From assembly GCA_026026165.1 (NCBI GenBank), contig JAPEUD010000077.1:62001-107830 (forward strand): 45,830 nt of DNA, in the 5' to 3' direction. Positions 36,901-45,830 of the stretch are shown here, one piece after another. The first letter of the stretch is position 1. Every line of letters starts with the position of its first letter. The stretch comes from Sarea resinae (Eukaryota). The notes below the pieces were generated by a model. That model was not told the DNA's origin. It searched no databases and saw nothing but the letters and a program-made list of their open reading frames with translations. The position numbers were made by a program, and so were the translations under genes.

Positions 36901-37754
36901 CCCAGCCTGTTTGTTTTCTTTTCTAATGCAAAAAGGGCAGACGGGCAGTGGAATAAAATAAAAATGGATAGAAAAGGAAAGGAAACAGAAATATCGAGAA
37001 CTACCAGAAAGCCAAGAAAAGATTCAAGGTAATCGGCAGCATCAGTATTTGAATTTGAGGCACGATTTGCTCATCTTCCGTTCTATTTAATCACCTGAAG
37101 GAATTCCGGCGGCGCTCATGGGACTGAAATATGTTCTAAAGAAAGTGTCCCGTAGAAGTAGAGCAGGCTGCCCGTTTGCCGTACTGGCGAATCTCTCCAG
37201 GGCTGCCCAAGGTGTTCTAGCTTGCTCGCCCGGAGGATGTCTGACACACGAATGCTTCCAGTGTCAAATGTCTGACGCGAGTTGTTACTATCTATACCCT
37301 AGGATTATGGAGTTATCGCTATGGATATTTGGAGGCCATCTGTAAATGCAAGGACCTCATTGGATGGTGGAGAAGGCAGCGGCTCGGGCCGTGATTACTA
37401 CGGGCAGCTTATTTAGCGCCGAGCATCTAACTTGACTCGTATTTCGACAACGCGAACCTGTGATAATCGCGCTGCTTGAGATAATCGAACTTCCTTCTTG
37501 ATATGGTTGCTAATGATACTTAAATTTCGACAACCAGTGTTCTGCATTTTGCAAGTGCTTTCGTTGATTTCCATATCTAGACGCGTGACGACAGCTGCGA
37601 AAGCGACGAAAGCGAGAGCAGGTCGTTTGATTATCTTGCGGTCATCTCTCTCGTTGCCGAGCGGCACGAGTATTGAAACAGCTAGAAGGTGCAAAGCCCC
37701 GTCAACTAACCTCGATCATTTTCGTGGGACGAGAATTGCGTATGAAAGACGGAG

Positions 37755-38520
37755 AGTAGGACGGTACGACCCGGAATCCCGACCTAAACAAATAGCCACT
37801 AAATATCGCCGCTATTGAGAATCACCGTCGAGATCAGCTTCTTACTGCTAGAGCTGAAATGAAGCTCTGTCACGCCGAGCCATCCTTCGTTCATTTATGC
37901 CACAGTTTGACGCTAGTACAGAGCAAGTAGGAAATCATGACTCCTTAGCAGTGTCGCATAGGAAACATTGACCTTCTCAAGGCTACCTGAACCGAAGAGG
38001 CATGTCAGGCGCTCAGGACGGCCGACAGAGAGGCCTTTTCGCAAGGGTCATCATATCCTTCTTTTCCCCTGAATGATCAGTGAAGAATCCAAAGGCTATT
38101 GCTCCATCACACATATTGCCCATCTACCATTCATTGCCATCAGCTCTTCGATCTTTCCATTTGATTTGAATAACTCTTCTCTCGAGATCCAGGGGAAAAA
38201 GGCAATGTCCGCGATTAATGTCATGATCGTTTGTCCTGGGTCTGGTGGGCTCTACGTTCTTCCCAAAGAACAAAGCCCGAGGAATGAGTCTGCGAATTCG
38301 AAAGTAAGCTTCGACATCTAGTGCCTGTAAATGATTGCTGGTCACGGCCTGCTGGACCACATGCCCCGGAGCGCAGTTGCCAGTGACCATCTCATGTATC
38401 AGTATCCTAAGCACATGGGCAACCGAAGGCCCATCGCTGCGTCGATAGTGCGGTATCTCCTGTCTATAAATCTGACAGACGTAAATATTCTTCTTCTAGA
38501 GGGCGTCAAAATCCTCGACA
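37755..38520 (+). pseudogene. Probable ankyrin-repeat gene relic
   Basis: Broken ankyrin-like fragments: DPESR..PLNIAAIENH/VEISFLLLE (about 37770-37860, one frameshift), MTP*QCRIGNIDLLK (about 37937-37982), SIVRYLLSINLTDVN (about 38442-38487). Confidence 0.4.
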
Positions 38521-39660
38521 TGAAAGATCTGAAAGCCTAAAGCTATGAATTCAAAAACTTGCGCATGACCCTGCCTCAGGGGGTTTCAAACAGAAAGCGA
38601 GCCGGCAAGAAGAATACTCAAAATTCGCAAGGACGTGATCTGGAACCGCTGTGTACGCCCGCGGGCCTTTATGTACTATGTCAGTCTACCCTATCTAATA
38701 TGCCTTGTTCTGGATAATGTCGATAAGACAGATTTTCGAGTCGTCAAGCTCCGTGTGCTTGCTTTCTTTGTCGGGGTGAAGGAGTACACAGATCTACGGA
38801 TACTCACACTCTTGCCAGTAGGCATGATCGCAGAATTCATTGGGGCTCTTCTGAACTAAGGTAGCATGCATCATTGCTAGGTCTCATAGCGCTTCCGTGG
38901 ATGCGAAATATATACACTTTGAGCAAGACGAGACGGCAAGGCACCTATCTACCTAGGTAGACAAGGCAGCCGAAAATCATCATTGCTAGGTGCGAACTAG
39001 TGAAGATCGGACAAAGCAGGTAAACAGCCCGTTGCCAAGCTTACCTTCCCTTATCAAGAAACCATTGAGGTGCGCGGGGTAATGCCAACCAACATACTAA
39101 GGTAGGGGGGTGGGAAGGTTTTTCGAACGGGCGGTCATGATGCGAAGTAGCATCATGGCATGTGGCGAAGAGCCCTTTGTATCATACGAATCCATTTGAT
39201 TACGGCGATTGAATGTATTGATGTGCAGTGTGCGCTCTAGAGATATTTTTCGCCGCCTATAAAGGGCCTTGCCAGCTTCGAACATTTGTGTAACTTAGGT
39301 AAACTCCGTACCATCATTCGCATCATTATGCATACGTTCTTCCTTGAGTGGTCACGGATTGCCCCGCTCTTGCGCAAAGGAACTCAATATTGTCATCTCT
39401 GCACACCAACAGTAGCACTGATTTCTGCTTCGCCATGAAGAGAACAGCTCTCATACCTCGTGATTGGCAGCCCTGACGAGAAATGCAGCTGTTGATAGCC
39501 AATGCACCTCAATTCCCCACATTACGGTACCAAGACCGCAAATCACGTTTCGTTGACTTGAAAGGACTGCCCATTGAAGGCAAGCAAAAGTCAACAAAAT
39601 CTCGAATTCGACAAGATGCATAGACGTTCAGCTAAGCCCTCATCTGCCTGGATCGAATGA

Positions 39661-40869
39661 CTATCGCCTCCTCGCAGTTAACCATCCCGTAATGAGAAAG
39701 CCCCCATCTCCCATGGAACTTCGCCATCTTATCGATAATTGACTTTGTGGGATTTTCGATAAATTCTTTGCTGAAGCCTGAGCATGATCGGCTGATTCTC
39801 CTCCGCTATCCTGTTGCTCTTCTAGTAAGAAGGCGACCTGCATGACATCGTGAGGATTCAAGACAGGCGAGGAACCGTCTCCTGGACCTGAAGAAGGTAT
39901 ATCCCGGTTCAGAGAGACCGGTCGAAACGGCGGTTTCGTGTCAAGAGCCACTGCCTCTAGCTTGACCGCGTTTTCTCCCATATTTTCTAGTTGCGCTTCT
40001 AGCGCAAATCGTGCAAACCGGAGCTTACTTGGTGGATGCGTACTGGCATCTTCCACTATCAAGGGTGGCATTTCAGCGCTCTTCGTTCGAACCGCAATCT
40101 GCTGTTGAGCTATGAATTGGTATAGCTTCCTGAAAGTTCGAACCCTTCCGCTTGCAGCCTGGTTCTCCCCTAACGAGCCCGATTTGGGAGCCATCTTAGT
40201 CTCCGTATAGGTTACCGTGACCGCCTGGGGAAATGAGTACAGAGCACAATTTTACACCTTTAAGGCTAGAGTCAGGGCAAACGCACCAGAATATGGTTTC
40301 CCTCTTCTTTCAGGTCGTACTGTACAATCTTCTGATGCGACTCGCCCGGCTTCAGAGACGTTCGAGTGGAGTCATCATCGGCAGGTGAGAGCTCAAGGGG
40401 TATTGTTTGAGAAGGGTTCTGTATTTCGGCGGTGATCCGCACAGCGCTAATGAGAGTTCCCGCATCTGTAGATGGAAGCTCGTTGTTGGCACATAGCGTA
40501 CATGAAAATGTCTCGCCAACATAGGCCGAGCCAAAAGCGGGTGGAAGGGTAAGCTATTTGAGTCTGATCAGTCGTTGCACCACAGAGGAACGCGGAATCC
40601 TCACGAGCGGGCTGAGGATGAATTTGTCATCAGCTGAAGGGTGACTCAATGCAGCCTTCGGGGAGATATCAGGGATCTCTGGTGAGGTCTTTGTCGGTAA
40701 TGGGAATTGATATGAAAGAGATGGTTTCGAGAGTCTAATGAATCACAATATTAGTTGAATACTCCCTGCACGGCATTATCTCGCATACTACTTTCCTGAG
40801 GACTTTGAGACTAAGCGAATGGGCCTGCTTCTGGCCGTCGGCCACTGAAAGCCTTCTCTGATGGGCCAT
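39661..40869 (-). CDS. TRAPPC13: TRAPP complex subunit 13 (DUF974) homologue
   Basis: Exons 40869-40796, 40734-40605, 40553-40287, 40224-39661 (1035 nt, in frame). HSLSLKVLRLSKPSL, LTLPPAFGSAYVGETFSCTLCANN, DLKEEGNHILAVTVTY, FRKLYQF, LEAQLEN, LSIRWRSSMG. The first intron has a GA donor. Confidence 0.88.
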
Positions 40870-41154
40870 GATTCCATATTATCAGCTTTGGCAGCATGCC
40901 ATGACCTCTTGAAGCTACAACAGGTTGGTCGGCCATTTCACTGCACCTTACCTGGTGATCAGTGGCCCTCGTTCCGTACACCTTGAATGTACCTTTGTAC
41001 ATTTCGGGAGCCGAAATCAGATCAGATTAGACCTTTTCGATAAGAGATAAGATAGCAAACCGCGCAACCCCACTCACAGCCCAGATCATGAAGCACTTTG
41101 CATTTTCTTCCGGTGGTACTCATGTAACGTCAAGGAGCACAAGAAATACCTTTC

Positions 41155-41911
41155 ATGGTCGAGCGACTGTCGGAGCATACGACAGGCGTCCCTCTACAAA
41201 GGGCCGCTGGCCTGGATTTGCAATTGAATACTCCCAAAGGTAAAGGACTGCAGCCAGAAGACTGAATCCATTCTGCCAGACGTTTTACCTCTTTACCTCC
41301 TTGTCACCGCCTTTCAGAATATCATGCTTAAAACATTCAGGTCGTGGGGTCTTCGCAGCCAACCCAATTGCCAAGGGCACGATCATAGAAGTCTGCCCAG
41401 TGCTCATACTTGGGACGGAAGAGAACGAGGCCCATATCCGGCACACCCAGCTATATAATTATACTTAGTTAGTAGCATGACGTTATTCACAGAGAGCAGT
41501 GCAATTAGGGCGTGGTGCTGATGTTGCCCGGCTTTTGACAGCAATTGGCCATGTCGAGATGAGAAGGAGGGCAAGGCTTTTACGGGTCAAGCCCTTGTCT
41601 TCGGACTAGGCTCGATGTTCAATCATTCGACTTATTCGCAAAATGTCGGCTTCGAGCGGGATATTGAAAGATCACTCATTACCTACAAAGCTTTACGGGA
41701 TATTGACGCTGGAGAAGAGTTGTGTCAGTCCTCCTTCACCAGTTCTTGTCGACTATTTCAGGCTATGACTGAAGAGATACCCAGATTAACAATGCCTGCA
41801 GGTATATCATACGGCCCGAGACTTACATTCGCAGATGCGGACCCCGGCCAAGTCGATGATAGCAGCGAAGACGATATCGACATTTTGAACAGAATAGACC
41901 TAGACCCATAG
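41155..41911 (+). CDS. Small SET-domain lysine methyltransferase (S. pombe Set7-like)
   Basis: Exons 41155-41239, 41341-41467, 41542-41723, 41802-41911 (504 nt). TPKGRGVFA, CPVL, YNYTYNWP, GLGSMFNHS, LRDIDAGEELCISYG. Confidence 0.88.
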
Positions 41912-42287
41912 ATACCTACGATCCAACCTAGACTTTAATCTACAGTTCCGTGTAATCTTAATCATACCGTGGCAGTAAAAACTTGAAGAGATGGATATCA
42001 GGCATCTTCAATTCGAGATGGAGTCTACTGCGCAGTCGGGCTATTCCGTACCTTCGATACTTGGATGATGTCAACTTTAGGCTATTTTGCCGGCCCTTGA
42101 CGCAGGAACCGCCAACTCTTGCATCACAGGCTCCCACTACTGTAGCGTGCCGAATCCTCTGTCTCGCTTCGCGTCTCCCTTCAAAACAATCATTCACGCA
42201 TTTCACTATCAATTACTCTCATGGCCTCTCATCTACTGTACATTACATTCTTGACTTAGATCAAAAAAAGTTTTGCTCTTCACCATC

Positions 42288-43872
42288 ATGGACACGAACT
42301 GTGGAAGCAATGATGGTAGTGCAGATAATTCTACCCCCGCCCCTTACGCCCAAAGCATCGGCAACCAAAATAACAAGCGAAAACGCCACTCTGCCAACGC
42401 CATCCAAGGTGACGCACTTTTACACCATGCCTCACCTTCAATTGAGAGTGGAAGGAGACGACTTGGGCCTACGGCTGATTTACCCCACCATGCCGCCGGA
42501 ATCCCGATCATTGATCTGACTGGGGATGACGAGGGTGTTCAATGCTCCAAGAGGCAGAAGCAGAATATACCTGCTGGACACATGCCCATACCTGACGGCC
42601 ATGTACTTACACCTGCTGGATATATGCCGATACCTGCTGGATATATGCCTGTACCTATTGGATACATGCCTACGCCTGCTGGATACATGCCACCGCCTAC
42701 TGGATGTTTGCCTACACCTGTCGAGCAAATGCCCCTAGCTCCTGGGCACCCGCCCGCACCTACCAGGCATAAGCCTAGACGTGGTGGATATACACCTATA
42801 CCTTCGAGGTACCAAAATCCAGAGGTAAATATCAAGGAACCGGAGAGACGCCTGAGGCCGTTAGTTGGTTGTCAAACCTACTGGGGAGATTGATTCTGAA
42901 GGATAGACAGGTTTCGAGAAGGACCTTCACGTATGTTCAGGCTAAAAAAGGAGCGAGCCTTGACTCAAAGGTAAGCCAGCTTCATCATAGCTTGCGGAAT
43001 GTTTTAAATAATACCTCTCAGGATGTTCGTTATTGGCCGGAAACGAAAAGGTACTGCCGACACTCCAACAGAATCCATCTATATGGCAGGAACGACGGGC
43101 AATGTTTACACCGTCAAGATCGATGAGAAGTTGAGCTGCACATGTCCAGACAATGCTGGCAAATCCGACCCTTGCAAACATATCATCTATGTACGCTAAT
43201 AGTCTGCGAGGTCGAGATAATTGCTGACCTGTATAGGCTCTGATCAATGTCCTGAGAGTTCCAGACCACCTTCAGTACCAATCCGCACTACTTCCGTCGG
43301 TAATGTTTCTCCCAAATACGTTGCTGGTCTTTCAGATTTGCTAATATTCCCAAAGGAGCTTCGCAAGATATTCGCAAATGCACCTCTTCCTGACGAGAAG
43401 CAAGGAGCCGACAAAGGCCATACCGGCAAGCGCAAACCTGTTGAGGGAGACTGTGCAATTTGCTTCACTGAATTTGATGCTGAAACCGAGAGCATCGTTT
43501 GGTGCAAAGCAGCTTGTGGAAACAATCTACACAAACAATGTTTTGAGCAGTGGGCTAAGAGTCAGCGTGGCAACGTTGTTAAATGTGTCTACTGGTAAGT
43601 ACGATCCGGACTCGATGACTCGATTTCCTCAAGCTTATCTCGTTCAGCCGCACGCCATGGCAATGGGACGACGGGAAGAATTTAAAATCAATTCTAAGGT
43701 CAGGAGAGATCAATGAGGAAGGCTATGTGAATGTGGCCGACGAACTTGGTCTACCAAGCGAGCGTGGTAAGCTACTCACTATCGCGAACGTCGAGCATCT
43801 TCTGGTCCTAATGCCTTAGAAGATTACTCGACATATTATTCCTGGTCTCCTCGATCGCGTGGCAGAAGCTAG
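42288..43872 (+). CDS. SWIM zinc-finger + RING-finger protein (putative E3 ligase) with N-terminal heptapeptide repeats
   Basis: Exons 42288-42859, 42911-42970, 43022-43190, 43237-43299, 43356-43594, 43648-43766, 43823-43872 (1272 nt). RALTQRMFVI, GTTGNVYTV, SWIM CTCPD..CKH, RING CAIC..CKAACGNNLHKQCF..CVYCRTPW, GYVNVA. Confidence 0.88.
42567..42818 (+). repeat. Coding 21-bp tandem minisatellite, about 9 clear plus 3 degenerate units (consensus xPAGYMP)
   Basis: Units such as ATACCTGCTGGATATATGCCT, translating to IPAGHMP IPDGHVL TPAGYMP IPAGYMP VPIGYMP TPAGYMP PPTGCLP TPVEQMP LAPGHPP APTRHKP RRGGYTP IPSRYQN. Confidence 0.9.
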
Positions 43873-45830
43873 CGCTATGGATATTGGTGAGTTAGACGAT
43901 TGCGACGCCTGCGCGAGCCGTTCCGAGAGCGTGCTTGATCTGCCGGACTTTTGCTGTCCCTTACATTTAGGCTTCCAACGCAATATAGTCGGTTTTATCT
44001 CGCTACATTTGGTGGCTGGCTTAGAAAAGCCGTTGTCGTACTGTACCACGCTTTCCATGACTTGACCATGCTTCCCACCCATCTGCTTCATTTGCATTGA
44101 CGTTCCTACATAGCAAGGTTCAAAACGGACAGAGATCAGATGTACTCGGTCTCTATGAGCAGGTAATGACGAGTACCTCATGGAAAGGCTGTCAGACAGA
44201 TCTAGGCATATGTCAACATGTCTACTGAGTATTTATGACAAGGTGAATTAGTTCTAAATGGTTAGCCAGCTGGCGGCATCAGACATGCCTACCTTATCTC
44301 ACGCGCAGTAGCTCGTAGCATGCAGTCTGAGAGGGATCTAACTGCTCCTAATACCGTGCCAGCGATCTTGTCGTCCCCTCACTTCAAGCTAGGTACATAG
44401 TACACGTGGACCCCGCAGTTGTCAGCAGTGGGCATCGCAAGGCGGTCAAGTGAACGGTGTCTGAAGCGATTAGCTGGCTCGTTTCGAGATGGCAAATTCA
44501 TCAACTTGCATCTCCCATCACGGTATGAGTTCTGCAAAGCGTGAAGTGAATGCACTCGCATCATCACGATGGCACTGGATTACCTATTCACCCATTCAGC
44601 CGTGTCTTTCTGATTCGAGAAGCCGGTGGCAGGGGCCGAGGTCGAAGCCGATCACCCCCTCGCTACCTTACTTATCGATGGCCGCGACAAGCACTGAGAC
44701 GACGAGAGACACTAACTCCAGATAGCACCGAGACGAGCTGTATCTGAGACGAGCCAGACCATACCCTTCCCACGCAGGTACTACTGTCACAGTACTCCGA
44801 GTACATCCCATGTGTGTTCATCCTTCTTCAGGCCAACGGCCATGTGGCTACAGCGATGAGCTCCGCAGTCTCTCCCAAAGGGAAAAAAGGAGGTCGTATT
44901 TTTATCTTCTGATCATGCTTCCTTCTGTCTCCTTTCTCTCGCGTGTCCTTTCGAGTACTGCTACATGAGAAGTCGCCTGCGGCAGAGCAAGCCAGAGCGG
45001 TACAGTACTCGACTCGTCTCGACCTCCGGCAAAAGTGATATATCATACTCGATCCACTCCTCGTAGCTCGATGGATGGCGTCGTCTCCAACCGTCGCCCG
45101 TAGCCCCTTCTGGTAAGAGAACGACCAATCAAGCACACTAGAGCATGGCGCATGGCGTATTGGGGACGGACTACTCGAGTAGGAGGACGACTCGCGTTCG
45201 TTCGTACTGCGAACGGCAATCGTTGCTTCTTACATACTGTAACTTGTCAGGCTGCGCAGTGATGGGCCGTCTCTCGGCCCCTGAACCAGCGCAGGGTACA
45301 CGCTAAGAGCATGCGGCCCCTTCTTCTCTTCTGCTGCTACTCGAGTACTACAGTAGAGTATGTACGGAGTACAGCAGCGAGCACCGACATGGATAGGCCT
45401 AGCGGGCACTCCGATTTCGATCAGACTACAGCGTAGATTGACGTAGAAGGGAAGGGCGGCAGAGGAGACCAAAGTCTGGAGTAGATTAGCCCGCCATAGC
45501 ACGCAACTCGAGTCGTCGAGAGCAGTAGCCCTATCTGGGCTACCTATCAGGAGTACATGACTGCGCAGTACTGCACTCCCTACAGACGGTATCCGCCACG
45601 ATCAATGCCTAACTGATGATCTGCTTCTCTCAACTCGGCGAGTGGTGAGTAACCGCCGCAGGGACTTTTGCTCGTCTTCCGCTGCTTGGTGCCAGCCGAG
45701 CCTCTCCCACGCTGTCTTTACCTAGAGTAGAGTAGAGTCGAGTCTCTAGAGCAGAGCAACGATCGACTTATGCGCAACATTTATTATGGATCGCTAACAC
45801 ACGCCTGAATCCTCCTCCCACCCCCCCCCC

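Noticed and set aside
32300..39600. Transposon or RIP-mutated repeat in the gene-poor gap
   Set aside because: No transposase, RT or integrase motifs, no LTRs or TIRs, and no AT-rich, TpA-skewed tract seen. The recognisable relics are cellular genes.
42567..42818. CRISPR-like or transposon interpretation of the 21-bp array
   Set aside because: The units are contiguous with no spacers, lie in frame within a eukaryotic exon and lack terminal repeats.
43900..45830. Short ORFs at the window end
   Set aside because: No recognisable coding signal. Probably 3' UTR plus the promoter of a gene beyond the window.

Overview
Gene-dense fungal (filamentous ascomycete, Pezizomycotina-type) nuclear DNA with short spliceosomal introns (CTRAY branch points). 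I rebuilt gene models by hand from splice signals and frame checks. In order: partial Tag1/DUF3712-like gene, ILV6, a KHDC4-like KH protein, ornithine carbamoyltransferase with tandem Gcn4/CpcA sites, an intronless amidohydrolase-2 enzyme, a DUF3984 protein, a minimal RecQ helicase, a two-exon 77-aa Cox26-like microprotein missed by the ORF track, a PPR protein, RSM25, SOG2, glutathione reductase with a possible mitochondrial N-terminal extension, CCE1/Ydc2 resolvase, SOK1/T-complex 11, TRAPPC13/DUF974, a Set7-like SET protein and a SWIM-RING protein with a 21-bp tandem array. The gene-poor stretch at about 32.3-39.6 kb holds a decayed MFS monocarboxylate transporter pseudogene and probable ankyrin-repeat relics. 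The most notable items are a GA-AG first intron in an otherwise intact TRAPPC13 gene, the Cox26-like microprotein, an AG|GT recursive or poison splice site inside the KH splicing-factor intron, and a recurring TACTC/GAGTA palindromic intergenic motif. I found no tRNA, rRNA, CRISPR array or intact transposon, and no clearly new multi-gene system. Family assignments come from motif recall, not database searches.
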